Shown piece by piece: positions 22,191 to 32,607 of a stretch of 64,000 nt of DNA (the stretch's first letter is position 1; every line of letters begins with the position of its first letter). The translations under genes and the position numbers were made by a program. Location: NCBI GenBank assembly GCA_963768055.1, contig CAVYGN010000002.1, positions 1 through 64,000 on the forward strand. The letters run 5' to 3'. Under the pieces are notes generated by a model. It had not been told where the DNA came from. It worked only from the letters and a program-made list of their open reading frames with translations, and made no database searches. Source of the stretch: an uncultured Spirochaetota bacterium (GTDB lineage Bacteria > Spirochaetota > Brevinematia > Brevinematales > JAOACQ01).

Positions 22191-22727
22191 ATGAGCAGGA
22201 AAATTTTAGTGCTTTCAGCGAGTCCGAGAAAAGGAGGAAACTCAGATTTGCTATGTGATCAATTTATGATGGGAACAAAAGATGGCGGACATGAAGCTGA
22301 AAAGATATTTTTAAAGGATAAAAATATAAATTACTGCACAGGTTGTGGCAACTGTTTCAACGGCAAGAGTTGTTCCCAGAAAGATGATATGGGCAGTATA
22401 CTGGATAAAATGATTTCAGCCGATGCAATTGTGATGGCAACTCCTGTATATTTTTACACTATGAACGCTCAGATGAAAACTTTAATAGACAGAACCTGTT
22501 CCCGTTATACTGAAATTTCGAATAAGGATTTTTATTTTATTGTAACTGCCGCTGACAACAGCAAGCATGCTATGGAAAGGGCACTTGAAGGATTCAGAGC
22601 ATTTACCTCCTGCCTGAGCGGGGCACAGGAAAAGGGAATCGTTTATGGAACCGGCGCATGGAACATTGGGGAGATAAAAGGAAAGCTTGCGATGAAAGAA
22701 GCATATGAAATGGGGAAGCAGGTTTAA
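22191..22727 (+). CDS. Iron-sulfur flavoprotein / flavodoxin family
   Basis: SPRKGGNS, CTGCGNC...C and TPVYF motifs. Confidence 0.9.
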   Translation: MSRKILVLSASPRKGGNSDLLCDQFMMGTKDGGHEAEKIFLKDKNINYCTGCGNCFNGKSCSQKDDMGSILDKMISADAIVMATPVYFYTMNAQMKTLIDRTCSRYTEISNKDFYFIVTAADNSKHAMERALEGFRAFTSCLSGAQEKGIVYGTGAWNIGEIKGKLAMKEAYEMGKQV

Positions 22728-22742
22728 TTTAGATATAAGAAT

Positions 22743-22909
22743 CGAAATCAAATCGTAATCAGTTGATACTTGAAATACTTAATTGTTTTATATTAAAGGA
22801 GTTAGATTAGAATATAATCCGGAGGAGGAGGGATACGAATGCAGCGTTATTCCATACCCTGTATGGAATAACAAAACTTCGAAAAATTTTTACTGGCACC
22901 TGACTGGCA
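22743..22909. repeat. att-like junction 4 (type-B arm, tRNA 3' copy at 22820, hairpin, type-A arm)
   Basis: CGAAATCA and CGTAATCA at 22743 and 22754; 19/20 match to the tRNA end; TTATTCCATAC-CCT-GTATGGAATAA; TACTGGCACCTGACTGGCA at 22891. Confidence 0.88.
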
Positions 22910-23243
22910 TACCCTTCAGGCACTAAAGGAAGTTTTTTAGTAAAAAACAAGCTCTTCTTGCTTTGAAAAATGTAGATCTATGCCCAGGAATTTCGGGCTT
23001 GATATTAGGCAATTGTCGTCTCTGTCTGATTTTCTTGATATGCTTTTCAAACAGTAACTCGTTTACAGATTCTAAACGTGGCGGTTATAGCTGAAATAAT
23101 AAGTCAAAAAAAGACACAATTGTTCTGGCATAAAAAGAGATAGTAAAATAAAAAACTTAAGGAGACTCTTTCACAATATGGGCGGGCAGTTGGTATAATG
23201 AAATTATTGAGTTTAAGTACAGTTTTATTTATAATTTCGATAT

Positions 23244-24653
23244 ATGGGAAAAAATGAAAATGTTTCATATTTTTATAATGGGTTCATCAGCTACAGGCAT
23301 AAAGAGCGGGATCGGAAATGGGCCAAAACGCTTTTTGAAGCGCTGGAAAATTTTCGTTCTCCTAAGGCGCTGATAAAAACAGGAACCTCTCCAAGGATTA
23401 GCAGGATTTTTCGCGATGAAAACGAACTGCCGACATCACCCAACCTTAGCGATGATATCAATCGCGCGCTGGAGGCATCCAGGACGCTTATCGTGGTCTG
23501 TTCGAAAGACACTCCATTTTCCCTCTGGGTCTGCAGGGAAATTGAGGCATTTATAGAAATGGGCAGAGGAAATCGGATTTTTGCCATTGTGATAGATGAT
23601 GATCCTGACATGTCGCTGCCTGAGCCTTTGAAAATATTTTTCGGTAAAGACGGGGAAAAAGAGGAATATCACGGCCATATGATACGGTTGAAGACCGGAA
23701 AACTTAATTACCCGGCTTTTATTCCCGTAATAGCCGAAGCTTTAGGAGTAAAATCTGATCTATTGTCGGAAGCGATAATAAAAACTGCCGTTAGGAAGCG
23801 CAAAATCACTGCGGCCATCATGACATCAGCAATTGCCGTTATCGCAGTCATCTTTTATCTCATATATGATTACATAGGATTAAAAACTTTGTATTACCGA
23901 TCTTTTGCAGATCGATATTCCCTTCCTGCCGGCATCGGCATGATCGACTTTAAAAAAAATAATCAAGCAGGTTCGATGTACCGTTTTGAGATCAGGATGG
24001 GGAAATTGTTCAGGGTAGTTATGGTAGATAGCCAAGGGGAAAAAAAAGATGACGACTGGGGAATTTCCGAACGAGATATATCCTACACTTCCGGTAAAAT
24101 ACAGATTACACTTAAAAATTCAAGAGGGGTTGTCCTGCAGATCAGGGACTATACCGGAGACAGGTTACAGGTAGAGTTGACATCCGGGAACGGATATGAG
24201 ATATTCCGCGGCTGGGAAAGCCCTTCTTCCCATTTGTGTTCCTTTACGCCCAGAAATAAACTGATTCCCTCCTATATAAATATAGAATATGATGAAAATG
24301 GTTTTATCCGCAAGGAGATGTACTTCCATGATCAGTGGAATACTCCGGCTTTTGACGAATGTTCGAACTCGGGAAAATTGTTTGAATATAACCGGAACGG
24401 CCTGGTAACAGAGTGGCGGGGGCTCGACAGCAGCGGAGATTTGATGCAGACAGGGCCTAAAGCCGGCGGAGAAAAGCTCTCTTATGGCCCTGACGGCAGG
24501 GAACTTTCCAGGGCTTTTATCAACGGCAGGGGAGAGATTGTGAACGGGCCTGGAAAGCCATACGCGCAAGTTCGATTTATTTATGAAGTAAACGGTTCAA
24601 TATTGACAAATTACTTTGATTCTAATAATGATCCCCTGCCCGGAAATCAGTAA
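23244..24653 (+). CDS. TIR domain, single TM, extracytoplasmic repeat-derived domain
   Basis: FISYRH, IFRDENEL, LIVVCS and WVCREI; RKRK followed by a hydrophobic helix; YD-like repeats at the C-terminus. Confidence 0.88.
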   Translation: MGKNENVSYFYNGFISYRHKERDRKWAKTLFEALENFRSPKALIKTGTSPRISRIFRDENELPTSPNLSDDINRALEASRTLIVVCSKDTPFSLWVCREIEAFIEMGRGNRIFAIVIDDDPDMSLPEPLKIFFGKDGEKEEYHGHMIRLKTGKLNYPAFIPVIAEALGVKSDLLSEAIIKTAVRKRKITAAIMTSAIAVIAVIFYLIYDYIGLKTLYYRSFADRYSLPAGIGMIDFKKNNQAGSMYRFEIRMGKLFRVVMVDSQGEKKDDDWGISERDISYTSGKIQITLKNSRGVVLQIRDYTGDRLQVELTSGNGYEIFRGWESPSSHLCSFTPRNKLIPSYINIEYDENGFIRKEMYFHDQWNTPAFDECSNSGKLFEYNRNGLVTEWRGLDSSGDLMQTGPKAGGEKLSYGPDGRELSRAFINGRGEIVNGPGKPYAQVRFIYEVNGSILTNYFDSNNDPLPGNQ

Positions 24654-24664
24654 AGGAGTGACTT

Positions 24665-27493
24665 ATGCCCGATATAACAACATTTCAATATGACGTGTTT
24701 ATAACCTGCAGAAATATACCTCAGGACAGGGCCTGGGCGGCATGGCTCCTCAGATCCATCCTGAAATACCGGGTATCAAAAGCACTCCGGAAAAGAGGGA
24801 TACCGTCACGGGTGAGTAAAATTTACTTGGACGAAGATGAACTGGCAATCACCCCGAATCTTTCTGAAAAAGCGATTAAAGCCTTGGAAACTTCAGGCTG
24901 CCTCATAGTTATATGTTCAACTCAAACGAAACAATCGCTATGGATAGAAATGGAAATAGATCTTTTTCGTAAACTCGGAAGGGGAAACCGGATACTTGTC
25001 CTCTTGGTTGAAGGTGAACCAGGCGAATCTTTTCCGAAAGGGTTGCTTGAAATAACTGAAACAGAGGAACTTCAGGACGGAAGCCTGAGAAAAACGGTAA
25101 AAAAGGTTGAACCCCTGGCCGCCGATGTGCGCCCGAGGAAGGATGAAACGCGGGGAAAATTGAAAATATTGGCAATTCTACGAATATTGGCCGGCATACT
25201 GGGATGCACATTTGACGATCTTTTTCAGAGGGAAAAACGAAGGCGGAAACGCCGGACCATAACGGCTATATCGATATCAGCGTCTTTATTTATCGCTATA
25301 TGCGCAATAACATTCAGCGTATGGCTTTCCAGCTTGCCGCAGGTCGAATATTACAACAGTTTTGTTTACAGATGGGGCAAACCCGCAGGTATCGGGGAAG
25401 TGGATAAGGCATCTGCGGCCAGAAGGCTGCAAACATACCGCTTTGAGACGAAAAACGGGAGACTGCTGAGAGTTGTGCTTCAAAACGGTAGCGGAATGCC
25501 GATGCCGGATAACTCCGGGGTCAGCGAATGGAGGATGGATTACACAACCGGCTATACGAACGGGACATTTAAACAAATCGAGTGTTTTAACATTAATGGG
25601 ATGGTTGTTATGAAGCGGGATTATTCGGACGATTATAAAACTATCGAGCTTAAAGACGCTTTTGACAGGCCTTATGCCAAACCGTCAGAAGGGATTGATT
25701 TACTCCTCCTGACCGAGCTTATCATACAAGACAATAATAAAACGAAAAAACCGATGATCAACCGGATAAAAACCGAATTGGACACTGACGGATTTGTCGT
25801 AAACGAAATTTACCAGAGGGACGTGTTCGGTACGCCTGAGGCGGACGAAAACGGCAGCTACGGTAAAATCTTCACTCTGGACAGACAGGGGCTGGTGCTT
25901 GAATACCACAGCATCGGCAGAGGCGGCAAATCAAGCCCGATGAAAGAAGGCGTAAGCGTGGAAAAAAGGCAGTACAACGATTTGGGAAATGAGGTTGATA
26001 AAGTTTTTACAGGCCCCGAAGGCCGGCCGTTTATGCCGATCTCGCTCGGTTATGCTGAAAGGACCATGAAGTATGATAATGCGGGAAATGAGATCGAATC
26101 CGCCTACTTTGATGAAAAAGGGAAGGCGATTATTAACAGGAGCGGATATTCGAAGGCTGCAATGAGCTATGATAATCGTGGAAACCAGATCGGGATCGCC
26201 TTCTTTGATAAAGATGGAAACCCTGCCATGTCTAAAGATTTTGGCTATTCAATGATTATTTCAAAGTGGGATGAAAGAGGAAACCAGATTGAGATTGACT
26301 TTTTCGGAACTGACAGGAAACCTTGCGTTTGCAATGAAGGATACTCTAAAGTGAAATTCAGGTATGACGGAAGAGGGAACCAGATTGGAAATTCTTATCT
26401 GGACACCGACGGAAAACCTGTACTCTCAAAGGGCGGGTATGCAAAATTAATTTTGAAGTATGACAACCGGGGCAACCTGATCGAAACTATCTGCCTGGGC
26501 GTCGACGGAAAACCTGTCAACTCGAAGGACGGGTACGCGATTATTAAATCAAAGTTTGATAAACAGGGCAATAAGATTGAGGAATCGCTATTCGGAGCCG
26601 AAGGGAAACCCGTCCTTAACAAGTCGGGATATTTTAAAACGTTGGTAAAATATGACGAAAGGGGAAACCAGATCGAGAAGGTCTGCATTGGGACAAACGG
26701 GAAACCCGCACTGAATATTGATGGCTACTCTAAGGTGACTGAGAAGTACGATGAACGCGGGAATCAGACCGAATGGGCATACTTCGGCACTGACGGGAAA
26801 CCTATCCTTGAAAATACTTACGGCATCGCAAGGAATATTTCGGCGTATGACGATAGGGGCAACATGACCGGATGGGCCTGTTATGATACTGGAGGTAAAC
26901 CCATGCTTGATAAAGACGGCATAGCGATGATAGCCATGAAATATGACGAACTGGGAAATGTTATAGACATTGAATATTTTGACACCGACGGAAAACCTGT
27001 CAAGTGTAACGCTGGTTACGCGAAGTGGACGGAGAAGTATGACGCAAGAGGAAACCGTATCGAGTTTGACTGCTTCGGGACGGATGGGAAACCTGTACTT
27101 GACAGGGACGGCGCAGCAAAAATCACGATGAGGTATAACAAACGTAATTTAATGATCGAAAACGCCTTTTACGGCACGGACGGAAAACTTATCATTATAA
27201 AAAACGGGTATGCCAGATCAGAAGTTAAGTATGACGAACGCGGGAATATGATAGAGAATGACTACTTCGGCGTGGACGGGAAACCCATCCTATGCAGTGA
27301 CGGGATCGCAAAATGGACTGAGAGTTTCGACGAAAGATGGAATGCGGTTGAAATAGCCTATTTCGGGATCGATGGGAAGCCTGTTGCCTGTAAATTAGGA
27401 TTTGCGAAATGGGAAGGCAAGTATGATGAACGGGGAAAGGTCATTGATAATGAATATTTTGATAAAAACGGGAATATAATATCACTAAATTAA
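24665..27493 (+). CDS. TIR domain, single TM, about 16 tandem 32-aa YD-like repeats
   Basis: YDVFI, IYLDEDEL and WIEMEI; KRRRKRR followed by TM; repeat consensus KYDERGNxIExxxFGxDGKPxxxxxGYAK. Confidence 0.9.
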   Translation: MPDITTFQYDVFITCRNIPQDRAWAAWLLRSILKYRVSKALRKRGIPSRVSKIYLDEDELAITPNLSEKAIKALETSGCLIVICSTQTKQSLWIEMEIDLFRKLGRGNRILVLLVEGEPGESFPKGLLEITETEELQDGSLRKTVKKVEPLAADVRPRKDETRGKLKILAILRILAGILGCTFDDLFQREKRRRKRRTITAISISASLFIAICAITFSVWLSSLPQVEYYNSFVYRWGKPAGIGEVDKASAARRLQTYRFETKNGRLLRVVLQNGSGMPMPDNSGVSEWRMDYTTGYTNGTFKQIECFNINGMVVMKRDYSDDYKTIELKDAFDRPYAKPSEGIDLLLLTELIIQDNNKTKKPMINRIKTELDTDGFVVNEIYQRDVFGTPEADENGSYGKIFTLDRQGLVLEYHSIGRGGKSSPMKEGVSVEKRQYNDLGNEVDKVFTGPEGRPFMPISLGYAERTMKYDNAGNEIESAYFDEKGKAIINRSGYSKAAMSYDNRGNQIGIAFFDKDGNPAMSKDFGYSMIISKWDERGNQIEIDFFGTDRKPCVCNEGYSKVKFRYDGRGNQIGNSYLDTDGKPVLSKGGYAKLILKYDNRGNLIETICLGVDGKPVNSKDGYAIIKSKFDKQGNKIEESLFGAEGKPVLNKSGYFKTLVKYDERGNQIEKVCIGTNGKPALNIDGYSKVTEKYDERGNQTEWAYFGTDGKPILENTYGIARNISAYDDRGNMTGWACYDTGGKPMLDKDGIAMIAMKYDELGNVIDIEYFDTDGKPVKCNAGYAKWTEKYDARGNRIEFDCFGTDGKPVLDRDGAAKITMRYNKRNLMIENAFYGTDGKLIIIKNGYARSEVKYDERGNMIENDYFGVDGKPILCSDGIAKWTESFDERWNAVEIAYFGIDGKPVACKLGFAKWEGKYDERGKVIDNEYFDKNGNIISLN
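25973..27490 (+). repeat. Coding tandem repeat, about 96-bp (32-aa) unit
   Basis: About 16 units starting YNDLGN, YDNAGN, YDNRGN, WDERGN...; diverged at the DNA level. Confidence 0.9.
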
Positions 27494-27508
27494 TATTTTT
27501 TATTGAAA

Positions 27509-29308
27509 TCAATTCAACTTTTCATCAGCGGGAATAATATTGTATATTTCCTGTTTTCCGAATCCCTTTGCGAGATCTATAATCCCAACATATTCATATT
27601 TGTATTTTTCCGGATAGTCCAGCATAAGTAAAGTAGTAAACTGGTCTGTAGCATAGATGCTGCCTGGTACGGTTACAGGTTCAATCCTCGCAGCCCTGTT
27701 TACATGACTCCCGTAAGCGTTCATTTTACCGGTAATCGGGTCTCTTGCTACAAATATCGGCCCGGTGTGCAAGGCAATCCGTATGTTAATATTTTCAGGC
27801 AGGTTGAATTCAGACCACCTGGTTTCCCTAAAAATATTCCTTAAGATGACTGCGTATTCGGCGGCCTCCAAAGGGCTGGAAAATACTGAGAATATTGCGT
27901 CTCCCCAGGTGTTGACAATATAAGGTCTGATCCTGAAATTATTTATGCGGACGGCAATCTTATTTAAAAGCACATGCATGAAATAGGGCATTTGTTCTTC
28001 GTTCAATTTTGAAAAACCCTTAATATCAGAGAACAAGATGCTTTTTATAAATCTCTTTAAACCGAAAGGCGGCGCCGATTTATCATTGCCCGTGATTGAT
28101 ATAGGCTTATTTTGATAAGTTTTGTCTCTAGAAATGTACTTTTTCGGGTCAATTATAATGATGTTATTACGACCTTTGTATTTTTTAAAAAATTCTTCAG
28201 TCCCTCCTGTTTTAATATTTTTTTTACTTGAATGAAATACCCCCATCATATAATATTCAGCCTGTAGGCTTTTAGAACGCACTTGTGCCTGGCCGAGGAT
28301 TATCCTGTTCAGGAAAGAGAATAATTCGTCGCTGCCCAGGTATCTCTCCTCGGTAATGTAGTTGACGCGGGTTTTCTCTAATATTTTATTAAAACGGTCA
28401 ACCCAGTTTTGGCCTGCAAACCCCACGCTTTTTTCGATAAAATCATCCTTTTGAAAAGGAAGATAAACATTTACTTCGGCCCCTCGTTCCAGCATGGCCT
28501 CCACGAAGAGAATATCCGACCCGCATGCAAGAGATGAATAACCGATGCCAGCGTCAATTTCCTGCAGGCGGTGCTTGATATCTTTTTTTATTTCCACGGA
28601 TATCGTTTCAGGAAACCTTGGAACAACTCGATCGGGATGATCAATCATGTGGCCGGAGAACACAACTATCGGTTTGGGTTTCAATATATTCAAGATATCT
28701 GCCGGAATGCTGATAATGTTTTTTAAAAATAATATTTGATGGTAGGAACTGTTGACGTTGCCGGGAGATTCTGACGAAGTTTTTACGGCTTCTTCGTAGT
28801 AATGAAACGCATTTACTGGGTCGTTTATGATCAGGTAAGCCTCGCCGAGGGTGGCTAAGGACCAGTAATCTTTACAGTCATTTTTCATGATGATATCGAT
28901 AACTGATTGGGCAATACCGACGGCTTCTGCCTTATCCCCAACAGCAAAAGACATAGTCGCGGCGTTGATACCGTTATAATAGTCCTTTTCCTTTCTGAAA
29001 CAATCCCGGTAAATCTCCCTGGATTTTTGCCCGTATTCAGGATTATTGGTTTTTTTGAAAAGGTCTTTATAAATTCTGCCCAGGATTCCTGACGTTTCGG
29101 GGTCTTTATTAACCTTATATATAGATTCCATGTGATCTTTGGCTTTGATCGGTTCACCGATCTTCGCAAGTACCAGGCCTTTCAGCTGTAATAGCCTTAT
29201 ATTGTCCGGATTATTAACAAGTTTTGAATTTAAAAGATTATAAGCTTCAATAAAGCGGCCTTTTTTTATTGTGATCTCAACTTCTGTTATTTCCTGTTCT
29301 ATTTCCAT
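27509..29308 (-). CDS. TPR (TPR-S/MAP3K TRAF-binding-like), SLOG-like and class III nucleotide cyclase protein
   Basis: GILGRIYKD, YYNGINAAT and DYWSLATLGEA; FSGHMID..RFP and SLACGSDILF; ILFSDIKGFS, TWGDA, RIALHTGP and VNRAARIEP. Confidence 0.85.
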   Translation of the reverse strand: MEIEQEITEVEITIKKGRFIEAYNLLNSKLVNNPDNIRLLQLKGLVLAKIGEPIKAKDHMESIYKVNKDPETSGILGRIYKDLFKKTNNPEYGQKSREIYRDCFRKEKDYYNGINAATMSFAVGDKAEAVGIAQSVIDIIMKNDCKDYWSLATLGEAYLIINDPVNAFHYYEEAVKTSSESPGNVNSSYHQILFLKNIISIPADILNILKPKPIVVFSGHMIDHPDRVVPRFPETISVEIKKDIKHRLQEIDAGIGYSSLACGSDILFVEAMLERGAEVNVYLPFQKDDFIEKSVGFAGQNWVDRFNKILEKTRVNYITEERYLGSDELFSFLNRIILGQAQVRSKSLQAEYYMMGVFHSSKKNIKTGGTEEFFKKYKGRNNIIIIDPKKYISRDKTYQNKPISITGNDKSAPPFGLKRFIKSILFSDIKGFSKLNEEQMPYFMHVLLNKIAVRINNFRIRPYIVNTWGDAIFSVFSSPLEAAEYAVILRNIFRETRWSEFNLPENINIRIALHTGPIFVARDPITGKMNAYGSHVNRAARIEPVTVPGSIYATDQFTTLLMLDYPEKYKYEYVGIIDLAKGFGKQEIYNIIPADEKLN

Positions 29309-29506
29309 CGCATCCCCGTAACTAATTAATAACAAAAAGCGAATGAAGCAAACTAAAGAATATCAATCGATTATATCCCTGAGCAAGTTACCGCTTTGAT
29401 CATAAATTCCATGTAAAACCACCATATTTTCCTCTATTAATCTAATAATGAATCGAAAAAAACACAAGCCTACTATTAGTCAATATCATAATTTTATTAC
29501 TATTAT

Positions 29507-29818
29507 GCCAGTGCCATTAATCGACCTAACTTTATATTGAGCATGCGGTTCAAGACCTATGGTGCCCTCCGGGCACCTTCGGCACCTGACTGGCAAAATT
29601 TATCGATTTACCGATTTTTGGTTAGGTTGGTCATATTTTCCGGAATCATCAATGGATTAAATTAACAAATCAATATTTTCTGTTTAAGAATTTAAATAAG
29701 GCTTATATTATTAATATGTATGGAGATATGATAATATTGGATTCTCAGAATTTAGTCTATCCGTGTAATCTATGAAATCTGTGGTTTCTATTTCGTTGTG
29801 GGGTAAGGAATTATGATT
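29507..29818. repeat. Type-A cassette end adjoining the intact tRNA
   Basis: GCCAGTGCCA...GGCACCTGACTGGCAAAATT and GTGTAATCTATGAAATCTG, matching 10234-10252. Confidence 0.8.
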
Positions 29819-29903
29819 CGGAGGAGGAGGGATTCGAACCCCCGATACCTTACGGTATAACAGTTTTCAAGACTGCCTCCTTCGACCGCTCGGACACTCC
29901 TCC
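29819..29903 (-). tRNA. tRNA-Ser(TGA)
   Basis: GGAGGAG/CTCCTCC acceptor stem, anticodon loop CTTGAAA, long variable arm, GGTTCGAATC T-loop, G discriminator; CCA not encoded. Confidence 0.96.
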
Positions 29904-29961
29904 GTTTTTATAAAGAAGTTATTTTATAACAGGCAGCGGCATTTGTCAAAATACCCGCCGT

Positions 29962-30417
29962 TTAAGCCGGTTCCCTGTAAACAAAAACGGCAGCACCAGC
30001 CATGAAGTAAGAGAGATAAAAGAGAAAATTCGCTATATCGAAGAGACCCCTGACGCCGAACAACCCGCCGAAATACAGTGTAAAAAGAGCCCCGGAAAAA
30101 AATATCATCGGAAAGCTTAAAAGGCGAGCCGGCAAGCCCTTTTCTGTATCGGTAAAGGAGGTGAAGAGGAGGGCTAAAAACAGGTATTGGAAAAATACGT
30201 ACAATTTGAAATAGTTAAAAAAGCCTGCAAAAAAAAGAAGGACAAGATCCATGACGATCAGGTAATCCAAAACGGAAACCCGGCGTTTAAATAAATATGA
30301 AAGAGCGCAGAGCCCGTAACCGAGGAGCGAATAAATAAAAACAGAATGATCCAGCCTGATATAAAATGGGGATAGCCCGAGAATGAGCCCTGCAATAAAA
30401 AGATTCTTCCAGTTCAC
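29962..30417 (-). CDS. Hypothetical membrane protein
   Basis: Strongly hydrophobic; GTG start overlaps the pyrK stop. Confidence 0.6.
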   Translation of the reverse strand: MNWKNLFIAGLILGLSPFYIRLDHSVFIYSLLGYGLCALSYLFKRRVSVLDYLIVMDLVLLFFAGFFNYFKLYVFFQYLFLALLFTSFTDTEKGLPARLLSFPMIFFSGALFTLYFGGLFGVRGLFDIANFLFYLSYFMAGAAVFVYREPA

Positions 30418-31157
30418 AGCTTTACCCCGTCCCATCGGAATACCGGCCCGTCAAGGCAGGAAAGTTTATATTCCCCGTCCGGGGTTTCTACCGCGCATCC
30501 TTTGCATGCCCCAAACCCGCATCCCATCATTGTCTCGATCGAATAATAAGCGTCTATGTTCTTATATTTTTTGAGATTTTCACTTAACGCCCTGAGCATC
30601 GGATTCGGGCCGCAGGCGTATATCGTCATGCCCTCAAGGCTTATAGCTTTCAGAAGATCTATAACACTTCCCTTTGTCCCGGCGCTTCCGTCGTCAGTGG
30701 CGATCCTGATATCCATGAGATCCTTGAACACCCTTAAATCAGGAAGCAAGTCTTTAGACCTGGCTCCGAGAAGAAGAAGCTCAGGCTTTAACGCCCTGGA
30801 AAGGAAAAGGAAAGGGGCTATCCCCGTTCCGCCCGCGACAAACAAAGCTTTACCCGAAGCCGGCGGAAAGGAATTGCCGAGGGGCCCTATAACGTTCAGG
30901 AAATCGCCTTCCCTCTTTTCCGATAACAGTTTTGTGGCCTTGCCCTTTATCATTACAAGTATGGAAATGCAGTCACCTTTTTTATCATAAATGCTCATCG
31001 GCCTTCTGAGAAAGGGATCGAAAGTTTCACTGACCCTTATATTGATAAATTGCCCCGGTTTTGCATCACGGGCTATTTTATCGGTTTTCAAATTCAAATA
31101 AAGATAATGGGAGAAAATCTTCTTTTCAATTATTTCGCAGTTTTCTCTGAATTTCAT
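30414..31157 (-). CDS. pyrK: Dihydroorotate dehydrogenase electron transfer subunit
   Basis: PGQF, LRRPMS, AGGTGIAP, ACGP and MGCGFGACKGC...CLDGPVF motifs. Confidence 0.9.
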   Translation of the reverse strand: MKFRENCEIIEKKIFSHYLYLNLKTDKIARDAKPGQFINIRVSETFDPFLRRPMSIYDKKGDCISILVMIKGKATKLLSEKREGDFLNVIGPLGNSFPPASGKALFVAGGTGIAPFLFLSRALKPELLLLGARSKDLLPDLRVFKDLMDIRIATDDGSAGTKGSVIDLLKAISLEGMTIYACGPNPMLRALSENLKKYKNIDAYYSIETMMGCGFGACKGCAVETPDGEYKLSCLDGPVFRWDGVKL

Positions 31158-31371
31158 CAACTGTCCTTTGCTCAATTACGAAACTAATATCTTAATGAAT
31201 AAGCTTGAAACTGTCAAACGTAGGCCGAGGTGCGAGGGCCGAGGTAGTGTGATAATTGAATCGCAATTGAAGGTTATTTGAAGTTAATTTTTTTACGCGC
31301 GTTATGAGCAAGCATAGAAACTGCCGCTGAAAAACCGGAGCAAGCGCTTAACTGAGGCCGCTCGGTCGACC

Positions 31372-32445
31372 CTATTTGAAAAGCTTCAGATACTCGCCGT
31401 AGCCGTCTTTCTGCAGTTCTTCCTTGGAAATGAACTTAAGAGCGGCCGAATTCATGCAGTAGCGTTTGTAAGTCGGTGCCGGCCCGTCGTCGAAAACATG
31501 TCCGAGGTGCGAATCGGCATGCGCGCTTCTGACCTCGGTCCTGGTCATGAACAATGTATTGTCGGTTTTCAGGACGATATTTTCTTTAACTAACGGCTTT
31601 GTGAAACTTGGCCAGCCTGTCCCGGAATCGTATTTATCCTTTGAACTGAAAAGGACCTCGCCTGAGACTATATCTACATAAATGCCGTCACTCTTGTTTT
31701 CATCGTACTCGTTATTGAAAGGCGGCTCCGTCCCGTTTTCCTGTGTTACCCTATACTGCATCGGCGTCAGCATTTTTTTAAGCTCGGCCTTAGTGTATTT
31801 CTTATACTTTGTATTTTCATCCGGAGGATCTTTCACCGTGTTCCTGTCCTTGCCCCAGACCTTATCGAGGAACTGATCGCGTCCCGAATTGAACCGGTAA
31901 AAATTGTATCTCACCGGGTTTTTTTTATAGTAATCCTGGTGATAATCTTCGGCTTTATAAAAGTTCGTATATTTCAGGATTTCAACCGCGACAGGTTTGT
32001 CGAATTTGCCCGATTTACCTAATTCTTCCTTGGATTTCTCAGCCTTTATTTTCTGCTCGTCAGTATGATAGAAAACCACCGGCCTGTATTGAGGCCCTCT
32101 GTCCACGAACTGACCGCCCCCGTCGGTAGGATTTATCTGGCGCCAATATATTTTAAGAAGATCGTTATAGCTGATTTTGGAAGGATCGAATGTCACCTGT
32201 ATCGCTTCGACATAACCCTTTTCTTCGTAATCACCATAAGTAGGGTTTTCACCCTTCCCCCCCGCATATCCGGCGTAAACCGATATTACTCCCCCTATTT
32301 CAAAGGGATGCTGCATGCACCAGAAACACCCGCCTGCGAAAGTCGCGACCTCGGCCTTTGAAGCCGTATAAGCCATCGCCGGCAATATCATAAAAAGCCA
32401 GGAACCGAATATACCTATTAATGAAATGAGATTGAATTTAAACAT
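31372..32445 (-). CDS. msrAB: Exported bifunctional methionine sulfoxide reductase
   Basis: GGCFWC (MsrA); GTGWPSF, HLGHVF and RYCMNS (MsrB); signal peptide. Confidence 0.95.
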   Translation of the reverse strand: MFKFNLISLIGIFGSWLFMILPAMAYTASKAEVATFAGGCFWCMQHPFEIGGVISVYAGYAGGKGENPTYGDYEEKGYVEAIQVTFDPSKISYNDLLKIYWRQINPTDGGGQFVDRGPQYRPVVFYHTDEQKIKAEKSKEELGKSGKFDKPVAVEILKYTNFYKAEDYHQDYYKKNPVRYNFYRFNSGRDQFLDKVWGKDRNTVKDPPDENTKYKKYTKAELKKMLTPMQYRVTQENGTEPPFNNEYDENKSDGIYVDIVSGEVLFSSKDKYDSGTGWPSFTKPLVKENIVLKTDNTLFMTRTEVRSAHADSHLGHVFDDGPAPTYKRYCMNSAALKFISKEELQKDGYGEYLKLFK

Positions 32446-32607
32446 ATTATACCTCCATACTAATAATAAAATACTATTAATTGCCCTGATAGGCAAGAAG
32501 AGCGGATTATTGGGTTTCAAGTGGCTTTATATATAAAAAGTTCTTTTGGGGAGTTTTTTGCAGCTGGCCGGATCGATCTGCCCGGGCCTGGCGTAAAGGC
32601 AAATACC

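Noticed and set aside
25973..27490. RHS toxin or diversity-generating retroelement target
   Set aside because: No RHS core terminus or toxin tip, no reverse transcriptase, and no near-identical template/variable repeat pair.
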